Source: Blastocladiella emersonii ATCC 22665
Lineage: Eukaryota; Fungi; Blastocladiomycota
Direction of reading: 5' to 3'
DNA: 64,000 nucleotides
NCBI GenBank assembly: GCA_025594325.1
Contig: JANHCV010000010.1
Coordinates: 744,001-808,000 of the forward strand
This document shows, in pieces, positions 1-12,989 of this stretch. The notes beneath the pieces are model-generated. The model was not told where the DNA came from. It saw nothing but the letters and a program-made list of their open reading frames with translations, and searched no databases. Position 1 is the stretch's first letter. Each line of letters opens with the position of its first letter. Both the position numbers and the translations under genes were made by a program.

Positions 1-55
1 TCGCAGCAATGGTTGCAGTCGACCGAGTCGGTTCCTGTCGTGTCAGCTCCACACT

Positions 56-493
56 GTGCGAGCATCTTCGCGGCTTCCTCGCATCGTGGACTCACCTCGT
101 GGTCGTTTAGCCGTCGCATGGTGGTTGGGGAGCGACAAGGGTGCCGAGAACACGGTCAACGGGCGCAAGCAGGGCGCCGCTCCCGGCAAGGACGGCACGT
201 TTGCGGCCAAGACGCGGAGCGAGCTGAGCATGCCCGTGTGGTTTGCGCGCTGGCTCGAGGTAGCGGCCAAGGCTAGGCACGACACATCGACGTGGTGCGT
301 TGTTCATCCGATGAGGGACCATGTCGACGGGATCTCGCTGATCCCGTCGCGGTGTAGGTCGCGATACTCCGACGCCAAGCTCGCGGCGGTGCAGTATCAG
401 GCAGCCAAGGCCCACCTGCGCCGCGAGAGCCCCGTCTTCGTCCACTGGGGCGGCAACAGGGCGTCACTCGACGACTTTTCGATAACGCAATAG
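56..493 (+). CDS. Possible 3' exon or fragment of an uncharacterised gene (second copy at 44060-44497, minus strand)
   Basis: Open frame only; no recognisable domain and no ATG at its start. Confidence 0.2.
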   Translation: MRASSRLPRIVDSPRGRLAVAWWLGSDKGAENTVNGRKQGAAPGKDGTFAAKTRSELSMPVWFARWLEVAAKARHDTSTWCVVHPMRDHVDGISLIPSRCRSRYSDAKLAAVQYQAAKAHLRRESPVFVHWGGNRASLDDFSITQ

Positions 494-636
494 AACCTTG
501 CAGCAGAGAATGTGGACTTTGGAAGCATCAGCGCGCCCATCACGAGGGCGTGATGTGGCGGGGGTGGCGCGATTCGGGTGCCTTGCCTTGACCGCACTGC
601 TTCGCCACAGCCGGCCCTCTCTCCCCTTGCCAACCC

Positions 637-3234
637 TTGCACATGAAAACAATGAATAAACCACCGCTGCTACTATCATCCCTGCCCGAGCACGCCATCG
701 CACTGATCGTCGCGCTGAGCACGCCGTCGGCCAAGCGGCTGCTCGCCTCCCGCGTCCTCGCCGACGCCGCCACGACCAGCCGTCTCCTGCTCCCACTCGT
801 CTGGTTCAACCGTGTCGGCGAGGCACTAGGCGACCTGCTCGTTGACGCCGCGCCCGACAAACTGCTCGACGTGAGCCGGATCCCCGAGTGGTCGACGCCG
901 CTCGCGCGGTGTGCCTGTGCCTCGATCGCACTGCGCGGCCGCTCCGACGCACCGCCGCGCCCGCCCCTCAACGGCGACATGTTCCACGCGCTGCTCCGCT
1001 CGTTCCTGCGCACCAGCAAGTCGAAGGCGTCGCTCGTCGAGCGCCAGCGCAAGCTGCTCGCCAAGGTGGCGCTCATGGAGCCCGACGACCGCGAGAGCAG
1101 CAACGAGGACGACGTGCCCGAGCCCGCCGCGAGTCTCGACGGTGCGGCGCCCCGCCCAACGGGCGCCGTGACGGGCTTCTTCACCGACGGTCTCGTGCTC
1201 GCGCTGTACCTCGAGGCGGTCGGCAACATGGCCGATCTCGACTCGGCGCTCGCCGCCATGGTGCGCAAGCTGCCCACTCTCGCTCTCGAGGGGAGAGCCC
1301 CGCTCAAGCGCATGCTCGAGTGGATCCCCGACCACACGCCCGAGGTCGCCAGGGACCTGGCCGACTTGCGCGAGGACCTCGAGGACCTCGAGGGCGACGA
1401 CTCGGACGACGACGCAGCCGAAGTGGAGGAACTCGCACTGGGACCACCGGCGGTGATCATTCAGAACGCGGGCGTGAACGTGTGCGTCGACTTTCTCTCG
1501 CTCGTCGCCATCTCGGCGGCCGTGCACATGAACCTGCCCGCGCTCGAGGCCGTCGCCAAGCGTCACCCTCGCTTCGATGCCGTCGTTTTGCGGGTTCTCG
1601 AGTTCGAGTGCGTGTACGCGTGCTTCCTCACCCACATCAGCATGCACCCGCTCGAGCAGACCATGGGCGTGCTCGACTGGCTTCGCGGGCGCGGCTGGGA
1701 CCCGCGCGGTGATCTCCCAATCAACGACCACGGCCACGGGCCGCCGCACTACTCGTACGTGATCAGCTACTACCTCGACCCGCTGCGCTCCGACGGGGCG
1801 GCCCTCGTGCGCGTGTTCGAGACGTACGACCGCGACCGCGACCGACTCGCTCCGCTTTTGGGGGATGGGCAGCGGCACCTGTTCTGCACCGCGCTCGCCG
1901 AGTGGGTCGAGCAGGGCCAGGTCGCGGCGGTCATCAAGGTCGCGCGCGCGTGGCCGTGGCTGCTCACGCCTCCGTACTGGGCGCCGCTCGTGACGCGCGC
2001 CGTCGCGGCCGGTCTCCCGCCCACGCAGGTCCGCACGATGCTCCTCGTTTCTGTCGCACCGACTGCCGGTACCTCACCAACGGGACCCGCACCAAGTCGC
2101 GTCGAGGCGGCCCGCCCGCTGCTCAACGCGATGCTGCGCGCCGTCGAGGAGCCGTACGGCGCGAGCCCCGGCCTCGTCACGCGCATCATCGCGCTCGCCG
2201 TCGAGCACTGCGGTGGTGCCGACGGAGCAGCCGAGATCGTCGTCGAGCGGCTCGACGTGATCGGCGACCGGCTGTTCGGGTACCACCTCGAGTCGCTCGG
2301 CCTCGGCGCCAAGAACGCGCGCACCAAGGTCGCGGCCCGCCTGCTCGAGCTGCTCGGCGACGACCACGCGCCCTTTTCGTACCAGTACTCGGGTGCGCTC
2401 GCCGCGTGCCTGATCCCGGTCCTCGTGTCACCGCACGCCAAGCACGTCCTCGACGCCATCACCACGACTGGCGACGCGGCGGCATCGCTGTCGCGGTGGT
2501 CGATCCTGTACTCGTCGTTTCTCGCGGCGGTCGCGACCGAGTGCGCTGGGCGCAACTGGGAGTCGCAGGTCCCGCGCGAGGACGGCCGCGAGCTGCAGAC
2601 CGACACGCGCACGATCCCGGCGTGGACCGCGCTCCTCGGGTACTGCGCGCCCGCCGCCGTCGCCTCAATGTCCGAGCCCGTCACCACTAAGACGGTCCGC
2701 TCGCTCGAGGTCGTGTGCAACGCGACGTACCCGACCTGGAAGGACAAGACCCGCGCCAAGCAGCGCGAGATGGCCGTCGCCGACAATTTTCTGCGCGCCG
2801 CGGCGCAGCACGCGCCGGCCGAGTTTGCGTCACTGCTCGCGCGGGTTGGTGGCGACCGCGACGAGGACGCGGGCCCGCAGTTCGTGCTCGGGTTCGCGCC
2901 CATGTTCCCCGAGGGCTCTCTCGACGGCGGCAGCATCGTGTCGCCCGCGTCGGTCGCGCGCCACCTGGTCCGGTACCTCGCGTCGTACGGTGACGTGGAC
3001 ACGGCGCACTTTCGCGGCGTCTTCCGCGCGTGTTTGGAGACGGCCGTGTCGCAGGAGTGTTTGCGGCTCGTGGCCAAGACGCTGATCGAGCGCCGCCGAC
3101 TCACGAGCGACGCGGTGATGCAGTTCGAGGCCAAGCTCGTGCCGCGCGTCCCCGGGCTCGCGGCGGCGTGGGCCGATGTCGTGGCCGCGGCGTGGGACCC
3201 GCCTCAAGCTGATGGTAGTGATGATGAAGAGTAG
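637..3234 (+). CDS. Uncharacterised 865-aa protein with an F-box-like N-terminus; intact copy of the gene disrupted by the virus
   Basis: Long ORF with strong GC3 bias; N-terminal LLSSLPEHAIALIV resembles an F-box start (inference). Confidence 0.8.
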   Translation: MHMKTMNKPPLLLSSLPEHAIALIVALSTPSAKRLLASRVLADAATTSRLLLPLVWFNRVGEALGDLLVDAAPDKLLDVSRIPEWSTPLARCACASIALRGRSDAPPRPPLNGDMFHALLRSFLRTSKSKASLVERQRKLLAKVALMEPDDRESSNEDDVPEPAASLDGAAPRPTGAVTGFFTDGLVLALYLEAVGNMADLDSALAAMVRKLPTLALEGRAPLKRMLEWIPDHTPEVARDLADLREDLEDLEGDDSDDDAAEVEELALGPPAVIIQNAGVNVCVDFLSLVAISAAVHMNLPALEAVAKRHPRFDAVVLRVLEFECVYACFLTHISMHPLEQTMGVLDWLRGRGWDPRGDLPINDHGHGPPHYSYVISYYLDPLRSDGAALVRVFETYDRDRDRLAPLLGDGQRHLFCTALAEWVEQGQVAAVIKVARAWPWLLTPPYWAPLVTRAVAAGLPPTQVRTMLLVSVAPTAGTSPTGPAPSRVEAARPLLNAMLRAVEEPYGASPGLVTRIIALAVEHCGGADGAAEIVVERLDVIGDRLFGYHLESLGLGAKNARTKVAARLLELLGDDHAPFSYQYSGALAACLIPVLVSPHAKHVLDAITTTGDAAASLSRWSILYSSFLAAVATECAGRNWESQVPREDGRELQTDTRTIPAWTALLGYCAPAAVASMSEPVTTKTVRSLEVVCNATYPTWKDKTRAKQREMAVADNFLRAAAQHAPAEFASLLARVGGDRDEDAGPQFVLGFAPMFPEGSLDGGSIVSPASVARHLVRYLASYGDVDTAHFRGVFRACLETAVSQECLRLVAKTLIERRRLTSDAVMQFEAKLVPRVPGLAAAWADVVAAAWDPPQADGSDDEE

Positions 3235-3366
3235 AGCTAAAGATTGATGTGTATACTTTGATTTTGGGGTCACACACACTGAGGTACACACGCAAGGGTC
3301 ACACGGCAGGAGGGGAAGGAACAACAGGAGGGAATCAAACACACAGGACGACTGACGGGCAGCAGC

Positions 3367-3783
3367 TTACTGGCGGTTCCACGAGTTGGCGTCGGCGGGG
3401 ACGGGCAGCTTGTCGGCCTGCGTGCCCGCGAAGCTGACGATCTTACACCCGCCCATGTGCGAGACGTTCATGTCGCGCGACTTGCCGGGGCACGTCCACG
3501 TCTGCGCGACCGACCACGTCGGCGTGACCTCCATGCGGATCGTGATGGCGTCGGCCTTGGCGTCGTACGACCAGGTGCCCTTGCCGCCGGCCTCGGGGCA
3601 CGGCGCGCGGAAGCAGCGCACGCTGGACGCCACCGTGAGCTTGCCGTCGGCGGCGAACGTGAGCGAGTGCATGGTGCCGGCCTTGTACGTGGCGGGGACC
3701 GGGAAGGGCGCCTTGGCGGCGGCGGCGGTGGCGGTCGCGACGAGGGCCAGGACGAGGGCGGCGAGGAAGGCGACGGCGTTCAT
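3367..3783 (-). CDS. Small secreted protein (138 aa, 4 Cys, CFRAPCP motif), copy 1
   Basis: Hydrophobic signal peptide MNAVAFLAALVLALVATATA, GC3-biased codons, upstream CTATAAAG box. Confidence 0.85.
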   Translation of the reverse strand: MNAVAFLAALVLALVATATAAAAKAPFPVPATYKAGTMHSLTFAADGKLTVASSVRCFRAPCPEAGGKGTWSYDAKADAITIRMEVTPTWSVAQTWTCPGKSRDMNVSHMGGCKIVSFAGTQADKLPVPADANSWNRQ

Positions 3784-4524
3784 GGTGGCGATGAGTGGTG
3801 CGGGAGCTTGGCTGCTTGGGCTGTTGGGTGAGGATCAGACGCCGAGAGAGCGAGGGGCGCGGCCGGTCTTTATAGGGCTCGGGTCTGCCTCTTGAACAGC
3901 TTCTCGAGCAGTGCTCGGCGCGACACGGCGGCAGAAGCCGACGCACTCGATGAAAGCCCTTTCAGCGGCGAGATTGGTTTGCTGCAGTCGGACCCCTTCT
4001 CGATCCCGGATCCAGTGCAACGGTGACCAGCCTGCCGTGAGGGGCTCGACATTTGCAGGACCCGGTGACGCTGGATGGTGGCGCAGCACGCGCTCGCGTT
4101 TCATCATGGCCCACGCTTCCCCGCTCTGTGGCCGCGCTACGCCCAACCTTGGCCCAACTCGGCAACCGTGCATGCAGGTCGATGCAGCCTGAAATGAGGG
4201 CAATCGATTAGGTGTTCTAAGAAAGTGCCGCGCTCCAAGAAACGTTCTCTCGGTGAAACGCGACCTGCCTTCCTTCGTTGAGGGTTGGAACGTTTGCTAA
4301 CGTGGCGTTTTGGACCTGGCGACGTCACACTCCGAACTAAGGGAACGAGTTCGAACTCACCGGTGGGGGTAAGGGCGGATCTTCTAACACAGCCGACCTG
4401 GTGTCGGGGACGCGTTGTTCATGATCAGCGGTGCTCACATGATTTCTCGACGCGTCTCTCGTTACTTACGAGCGCCCAGGGCAATTGAAAACATGAGCTC
4501 AAATTTCAAGGATCAGGAGACATG

Positions 4525-6896
4525 CTACTCACTGCGCGCCTTCAAGATACTCGCCCACCGCTGCTCCTTGGCCAGGTGCCCGTCCACAACGGCAGCAAAG
4601 ATCGGGTCCGCCGCAGCGACAGGCGCAACCCGCTGGAGTCCCGTCACGGTCAACGTGCCGCGACCATGCGCGAACCGGAGCAGGGTCTCCGCATCGACAA
4701 CTCCGTCAAGGATTCCTTCGGGCAACACGTGCAGCAGTTTGGCGGGGACGCGATGGCTCTCTTTCAAAAGCTCGAGCAGCCAACGCGGATCAGCCCACGC
4801 AACTGACTCGAGAGCGTGTTGCGCTGGCCCAACATTGGACGCGTTCGGTACGCGACTCGGATTCTCGATCTCATGCAGGATCGCTGACTCCAGGCCGCTG
4901 ACAAGCGAATGCCGAATGATCGAGACTTTGCGGTCGCGCCTAATTCTGACGCCGCGCACCGCCGACGGGAACCGCAACAGCAGGGTATCGAACGCAACGC
5001 ACCAAGCGGGCTGGTGCGTGAGGGGAACGCTTGCGTCGAAGACAAGTCCAGGCGCGGTGAAACGAGCGTCTGCAAATCCGAGCCGCGAGTCGAGCGACGT
5101 GGTGCAGCTCCACAGCATCGTGTCAAGCCAGGCGGTCGCGGTCCCTGTCGCTTCGACAATTTTGAGAGCATGCGCGCATGTTGCGGTTGAGCCAAATGCG
5201 ACAGTGGCGAGCCATGCGAGAGAACAGGTGTCCGCGGCCAGTGGATCGTCGCGGCTGTTGCGAAGTCTTGCAAGCGCCTTGTTGACGATCGCGAAAAGAT
5301 CGACTGGGTTGGCTGTGACGTCGCAGTTGAGAAGTCGCATAAACGCGTCGCCTGGTAAGTCGCATGAGCAAATAATATCGCTAAACACGTCCGTGAAGTC
5401 GTCGAATCCCGATTTGCGCGCAAGCGTGACGAGAGATTGCGGAATGCTGGTGTAACTGCCGGGCGCGTCGGGTTTGTCATCGCCATCCCCAGTTGACGAC
5501 CAGTGAGTTAAGACGTATTGAAATCCTACGTTAACTCCACGTGAGAACAAGACGCGCGATGGAGCTTGCCGCTGAACGTACCCCCGGCAATCGCTTCAAA
5601 CCAATCATCCTCGCTCAAGTGAGCACGGACCAGGTCATTGATTTGGGGACAGTTCTTCAACGCCAGAACAACGACAAGGTCCCAGCCCCAACCACCGCGG
5701 TCAAAAAGGCCATGTTCAAGGACTAGCGCGAACTCGCTGGGGTCGATAAAGGGCTCCTCGCTGAGCCAAGTCATGAGGCGGTCTTGGATTGTATCTAGGT
5801 CGTCGTCGTTCAAGCCCTCGAGTACAAGCTCCGCGTGATTCGCAAGCGCCTGCGCGAACATAGTGGGTCCGTGACCAGAGATCCGGGCCAAGAGCGAACC
5901 GACATCTGCGGTCGCAGTGTTGATCCAGCCGCGCGTGTCAAGCCAGTGAAGAACGCGAAGGTTGGGTTCACTCGATTCCGGACTCGAGATCAAACCGGAG
6001 CAGGAGATCGAGTTTGAATTGAAATCTTCGCGCAAGCCAAGCTCATTGGTGACAATTGCCGAAATTTCTTCAGTGCGGAGGAAGGTGATGAGGGCACGCG
6101 TATTGAGCCCGACGCCCGGATCAAGCAAAGGCTCGAGCGCGCGAAAGCTCCATCTTGAAACCGCCCAGGAGCCGAGGAACTCGACCAGTCGCAGCAGGTA
6201 AGAGGAATTTTCAAGTACGTCACTTCCTGGCCCGGCTTGAAGTTGGCCGCAATTCAGGCCGCGATTGCTCGGGAGACGCCTTGCTTCGTTCACAAGTGCG
6301 ACCCACTCAAAGCGATCCAATGCCACCTGCAACACTTGCGGACAGCGCGTCACGAGTTCGCCGAGCAGCAATTCGTAGAAATGGACGTACTCCGTTGCAC
6401 TGGCGGTGAGCAGGAGCACAAAGTACAGTGCGAGCGTTGGTCGGAGCATTCGGGCGCTTGAGTTGACCGGATCACCGGCGCGAATTTCTGCGGCGAGCTG
6501 GTCCGCATCCTTGGCCCGCGCGAGGGATGCGAGCTTCGGGCCGAACACCAAGGTGAAAAATCTCGTGAGAGTACTCAACCAAGAGTCACAAAACACGCCC
6601 GACTCCTCGAGCAAGTGCGCCAGATTCCGTGCAGCGATGAGGCTCGCGCGGCGGCGGCTAGGCGGTCCGAGATGGGAAGTGGAGTCCATAGGCGGGTATT
6701 CGTATATTTGCAGGACCTCGTAGAGCGTCCATGACGCGCGGACGCGCTGATTCTCGACGACCGCAAGCAGCTGCCTCGAGGCGGCCGCAATGGTGTAGCG
6801 CGGTTTCGACAGCTGGCACATAACAGTCAAGAGCTCGGGCGGCACGTCGCCGAGTGTCAGCGGCACTGCGGCCACTGAATGCATTGAGTTATCCAT
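4525..6896 (-). CDS. Two-exon uncharacterised protein (~771 aa) with an F-box-like N-terminus
   Basis: ORFs 5526-6896 and 4525-5550 join in frame across a 56-bp GTACGT...TTAACGTAG intron (5526-5581); N-terminus LTLGDVPPELL. Confidence 0.7.
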
Positions 6897-7182
6897 CGCG
6901 AGGGTTCGGTCTGTGTCGAGTTGCGGACAGCCCGAGCGGAGCGCGAGCGAAACGCGCGGAGCGGCGGCGTGCTCGGTTCACGCGTCATCTGACCTGTCTC
7001 ACAGTCACATGATATCCCGGCGCGTCTCCGACTGTCCCGCCCGCCCGAACGCGGTGACGTTCGGGGTCAATCACACGAAGGTCAGTGACAGAACGTGCTG
7101 GAGCTATTCGAGAGAAAGAACAGGCAGATTCTGAAGTATACTGAAGGACGGCAAGTGTATTCCAAATCCAACCGCGGCGCTC

Positions 7183-9667
7183 CTACTCGCAACTCGCAGA
7201 CTGCTCCGCCGTTTCCAGGAATCCGGCTATAATTGCATCAAAGCGCTGGTCCGCTGCAGAGATGGGCGCGAGCCGCCGAAGTCCAGTCGCGGTCAACATG
7301 TCGCGACCACGGACGAGCTGCGAGAGAGTTTCGGCGTTGACCACGCCATCGAGAACTCCTTTTGGAAAGGCGTGCATCAGTCTAGCTGGGACGGGATCGT
7401 GTGCCACGAGAAACTTGAGCAACCAATGCGGATCCATCCGTGCAAAGGAATCGAGAGTGTGCCGCGTTGGCTCCATGCTGGGCGCCTCCCGCTGAGCCGC
7501 ATCATTGTTAGGAATGGACTCATTTGTCGTGAGCAAGGCGAGCAGCCAGAGCGGATCAGTTCGCGTGATCGGCTCAAGAGCGTGCTGAGTCGACTCGATG
7601 CCGGGCGTGTCCTGTGCAAGTGCAGAATCAGTTGATTCCCGCTGAACCGCATCATCCAGCCCGTGAATAAGCGACTGCAAACCATTTGAGAACTCGCGGT
7701 CTCGCTTCATGCCAATCTCGCGCACCACCGATGGAAAGCGTGCCAACAGGGCGGAGAGAGCGTCGCGCCACGCGAGCTGATGGATGAGCGGGAAGTCCAC
7801 GTCAAACACAAGTTTGGGCGCCGTGAACCGCGAGTGATTCAAGCCGAGTTGCTGATCGAGCGGCACCGCACAGGTCCAAAGCATCGCGTCAAGCCAGCAC
7901 GGCGCGCATCCGGTCTCGGCAACAATATCGAGAGCGCGTGCACGGGTAGAGGTTGAGCCAAACGCAACAGTGGTGAGCCACGCAATTGAGCAGGTTGCTT
8001 TGGCCAGCGGGTCCTCGGACCGATCGGCAATGCAAACGATGACCTTACACACGATTGCAACAAGATCGACCGGGTCCGCGGTGATATCGCAATCGAGTAG
8101 GCGCATAAGCTCGTCGCCGGCGACTCGTGCGAGGAAATGACTTTGCTGAACAACTCCGCGAAATTGCCGAGCCCCGACTCGCGTGCAAGTTTGATGGCGG
8201 ACTGCGGGATCGTGGTCGGTGCGTAGGGCATCAGAGACCCATCCACACTCCAAGACGGTGGCGGGACAAGAATCCCGTGTTTAAATGCTAGACGGGTTTG
8301 TGTGAGTCCAAGTTCGACGTTATTCGCTTGCATTTTGCATCCCGCCAACGACCACGTGAGGCCAGATCTCCTCCCCAACATGAGCACGGATCTGCTCGGT
8401 GAAATCCAGACGATTGCGCAGTACCTGAGCCATGGCGAGACCCCAGTCCCACGCATACCGGTCCAGCAAGCCGTATTCGAGAACAATCGCAAACTCGCTG
8501 GGAGCGATGAAAGGTTCCCTGTCAAGCCAAGTGACAACGTGGGCTTGAATGCTCGTCAATTCTTCGCCCTTCAAACCCTCGAGAACAATTTGCGCATGAT
8601 GCGCAAGCGCATGCGCGGTCAAGGTGGGTGCTCGACGGGCGATTCGGGCGAGGAGCGATCCCATGAGCGGAGGTGCAGCTGCGGTGTTGGTCCAGCCGTT
8701 CGCAACCAGCCAGTCAAGCACTTTGATCTCGTCTGCCGAGGAACTGTTGATCGGGTACGGAGACTTCTCGAATGAGTCCATCAAGCGCGTCACAACTGCT
8801 GTTTGCTTGAGAAATGAGATGAGCGCGGGCGTGTCGAGTCCCACGCGCGGATCAAGCAAGGGCTCCAGTGTATCGTAGGACATGCGCAGGACCGCAGTAT
8901 ACCCGAGACACTCGACCAAACGCAGCGGAAGATAGAGAGGGTTGTTGGGCAGCAGTTTGTTGCGGCCAACTTGAAAGGCACTCTTGATGCTGGATAAACA
9001 CAATTCACCGGTCGCGAAGTCGTCCCAAATGCACCACAAATGTGTGACATGCAGGAGCAGAGGGCAAGTGTTGATGATTTCTGAGAGTGGCAGCGCATAG
9101 ACCGAGTGGCACCAGGCCGCCCCAGCGGTAAAAAGAAGCTGAAAGTGTGCATAGAGCGTGGGCCGAGAGAAGCTAGGGTCCAAGATATAGTTGAAGTTGG
9201 GCGAGGTTTCCTTCTTTAATTGCTCAATGTCCTTGCCTCGGGCAAGGCGTGCGAGTTTGGGGACACAGATCCAGGACACATAAGACACAAGTAGACCGTT
9301 GTTTGCCGCACTGCAAGCTCCCGACGGGACGCAGCGGCAGGTGTTCGAGTCGCGGCACTCGGCCTTGGTTGGCTGGCTCCTTGAAGAGACTCCTGATGTC
9401 AAAGCGAATAGGATCACTGCGGCGATGAATCTCAAGTGGAATAGAACCGATTGTGCGCCGCTTGCCTGCTTCGATGAGCCGCTTGAGCTCGAGGAGCGAC
9501 CAAGCAGCCAGGACCTGCCGCTCGTCGATGACGGCAAGGAGCCAGCGCGAGGCGGCTGCAACGGCCTGACGCGGTCGAACAAGCTGGCACATAACAGTCA
9601 AGATCTCGTGCGGCACATCAGCCAGAGTCAGAGGCTTCATGTCTGAGGAATGCATCGAGTGGTTCAT
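7183..9667 (-). pseudogene. Degraded tandem paralogue of the 4525-6896 gene
   Basis: Homologous peptides (LTLADVPHEILTVMCQL, LEPLLDPRVGLDT, LMRLLDCDITADPVDL) are split across frames, with shifts near 9300-9370 and 8110-8130; the intron donor GT is missing. Confidence 0.7.
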
Positions 9668-10292
9668 AGTTTGCGAGGAGTTTTCCGTCTGATGCAAGGT
9701 GACGGGGAGAGTTGCGACTCGAGGAGCGCGTCGCGCGCGTGCGAACTCGTGGGGCGCACATCGTCCCCCCGCACGTGCCTGCACGCCACGAACCGCGAAT
9801 ATAGTCAATATCCATGACTGCGCACCCGTTGTCTCTCTACGTTCATGCAATGATTTGTTAATTTTGGGCTAATTTCGCGACAGGAGAACGTATCTTTGGG
9901 CTCGCTCATTCTGGGAGCGCCGGGAGTCGAGGTGCGAGACGCGCTGCGCCACCGGCGTGATCAACGCCACCCGCCCGAGAGCGCCACACTTTGGCGCAGA
10001 CTCAACGATTTCCCAGGCCCTCGCTCGCACGAAATGAACGTAACTGAATGTAAACACCGCTCCCGACTGCAGGTCGAGCCGTAGACTAGGCGCACGCGGA
10101 TCTCGGGCCCCACGCCGACCTCGAGCGCCACTCGACCCGCCGACCACATCTTGCAATTTTCGCGCCTCACTTGATTGGTCCCTGCGCCTGCGCCTGCGCC
10201 GCTGAACGCCATCGCAGCGCTCGAGCAGTGATCCCTGGACTCGCTTTCCCTCTTTCTCCTGGTGTGCTGCCACCCTCGCCGTCGTCGCCACC

Positions 10293-12989
10293 ATGAGCGC
10301 GCCCAACCCGATCCGCACGCTGTCGCAGCCCCAACTTCACCAGCAACAGCAACATGCCGCGATCCGGATTCCGTCGCCCGACCTCCCCTCGGCGGCGGCC
10401 GGCTCCTCGTCCATCTCGATCCGCACCACGGACTCCTCGCCCGTCTCCACCTGCTCGACCGCCGAAGACGTCGGACCATTGAGCCCGTCCGCCGCCGGCG
10501 TCTCGGAGCACGAGCAGCAGTCTACGCGCCTCTACGGCGGTCACCACGGCGCCACCGCAAACAACTCGTCGACGCATCTCGCGCCAGCGTCCCCGACGGG
10601 CGGTAGCGGCGCGGCGACGCTGCAGCGCAAGCCGTCCAACGGCGGGACCGCCGGTAGCGGTGGCGCCGCTCCTGCTACGAGCGCGCCCGTCATGCGCGCC
10701 GTTGAGGACGACGTGATTTCGGGGCTCGACGAGGTCGAGGCCGAGTTCATTCGCATGCAAGCGTACGGCAACGTGCGCGGCTGGCGCCTCCGCGTGTGCC
10801 TGCGCGTTGTGACGGGCACGCTTGGGTACCTCGTGTGCGGGACGCTGGTGACGGCTGGGCCCGGCGTGGCCGGTATTCTGATCCACCGGCCAGCGGCGGA
10901 CCCGTGGGTCCTGGATGTGGGCTCCACAAAAGTGACGCTCGCGACGGAGCTCATCCGGTGGTCGGCGTGGGCGACGATTCTATGGTGGGCGCTCATGGCC
11001 TCGTTCACCACGGTGCGGCTCGTGCGGCGCATGGAGCTCGACCAGTCGCGGCTGCACAACGTACGCGCTGCGCTCGCGTCGGTTCGCGATGATCCGTGGC
11101 TAACGTGTAGTACCGTCCCGTGTAGTCGCTTCGCGCGTTCGAGTACTACGCCTGTGTCGCCGTGTGCATGGTCCTGTCCGTGATCCTCTTCACCTTCATC
11201 TTCCCGACCTCGACACACGTCGTCGCCGAGACGTATCACGGCGTTGCCCTCAACACGGTCGCCTCCGCCGCCGTCATCGCCATCGTGCTCTTCATCCAGA
11301 AGCTCTGCCTGTACCTCACGGCGTGGAGCTACTACCAGACCGCGTACCGCGAAAAGGAGAAACGCAAGGTCTTTGCCCTGACGAGTACGTTTCTCCTACC
11401 GCTTTTAATCACGCTGCGAGACCAATTCACTCTCACCCGGCGTCTATGTAGCGCTTCACTGGCTCGAGGTCGCGGTCCCGCCGTCGCTCGACCTGGCCGC
11501 CGAGTCCGACTCGACCATGTGGGACAGCGTGCGCATCACGCCCAACAAGAGCAAGAAAAACGCGCGGTTCCGCCCGAGCATTCTCAAGGAGGGCCGCGGC
11601 TCGCTCGAGCTCGGCCGTTCCGGGTCGCCGATCCAGCGGCCCGACTCGCCCGCGGTCCCCGACGGCATCTGGGTCCTGCCCGACGGCAACACGGTGCGCA
11701 CGGGCCCCACCGCTGCCGCCGCGGACTCGGGCACGCCGCGCGACTCCATGGACGTGCCGCGCGCGTCGACGGTCGGCCCGCAGCCGCGCCCGTCCATCGA
11801 CCTGATGCGCCAGCACACGGTCAAGACGTACCCGCGCCGGCCGCGCGGGAGCAGCGCGCCGATGCACCGGCTCAGCACGGCGAGCGCATCTGAGATCCAC
11901 GGCGCGGCGCCGCCGAGCCCGCCGCCCGTCCCGACCAAGGCCGACTCGGAGGCCAAGTACTCGCCCGAGGAGGCCAAGAAGCGCGCCAAGCACATCTACC
12001 ACCGGCTCACGCGCAGCTCGCGCCGCAACCGCGTGCTCACGCTCGACCATTTCCTGCCGTACTACGAGGGCGACGACGCGGCCGCGCGCGAGGCGTTCAA
12101 CCTGTTCGACATCGACAACAACGGCGACACGACGTACGCTGAGCTCGTGGACGCGGTGCAGGCCATCTACTCGGACTGCGCGGACCTTGCCAAGGCGCGC
12201 GCGCTGCTCGCCGTCGTGCTCGCCAAGCTTGATCGCGCGTTCTGGGTGTTCTCGGTGCTGTGCAGCGCCGTGCTCATCTGCGTCGTGTGGGGCATGGATC
12301 TCGGCCGCGTCCTGGTCCCGCTCGGCTCGTTCCTCGTCGCGCTGTCGTTTGCGTTCGGCAGCACGGTGCGCAGCATGTTCGAGTCGGTCGTGTTCGTGTT
12401 CAGCACGCACGCGTACGACGTCGGCGACCGCGTGTTCGTCGACGGCATGAACCTTGTCGTGCGCGAGATCGGGATCCTGTCGACGACCTTCGAGCGGTGG
12501 GACGGCCACCTCATCTACCAGAGCAACGTCGAGCTGCAGCGCAAGACCATCGTCAACGTGCGGCGGTCGCCGCCCATGACGGAGCCGATCGAGGTGCAGG
12601 TCGCGTTCGACACGTCGGCGGCCAAGATCGCCGCACTCGAGGACCGCCTCAACGCGTTCCTGCGCACTCACCGCCGCGACTACCGCGACGCGCCCGGCCT
12701 GTTCGTGCAGGTGTTCGAGATCGAGAACGTGAACCGCGTCAAGCTCGTCATCTTCCTCGACCACCGGTCCAACTGGCAGGACGCGCGCAAGCGGTGGCAG
12801 CGCCGGTCCAAGTTCGTCGCCGCTCTCAAGGACGCCATGGCGCTGCTCGACATCAAGTACTCGCTGCCGCCCGCGCGCCACGAGATCTACGACGCCACGG
12901 ACCGCACCGAGCTGCCCGCGGCCATGATCACGCGCGCCCAGTTCGGCCAGGAGCTCATCCATCGACCTGTGGCGCAGCGCGCCATGTAA
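10293..12989 (+). CDS. MscS-family mechanosensitive channel with EF-hand (Msy1/Msy2-like), multi-exon
   Basis: FNLFDIDNNGD EF-hand; HAYDVGDRVFVDG...TTFERWDG...IVNVRRS MscS core; TM segments; introns around 11.1-11.45 kb. Confidence 0.9.

Larger units (their letters stand above)
1..4306 (+). repeat. Arm 1 of a large inverted segmental duplication (outer end lies beyond the window start)
   Basis: Reverse complement matches 23660-27245 (coordinate sum constant at 27966) and 43828-44552 (sum 44553); the ORF track gives identical translations for most of both arms. Confidence 0.97.
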
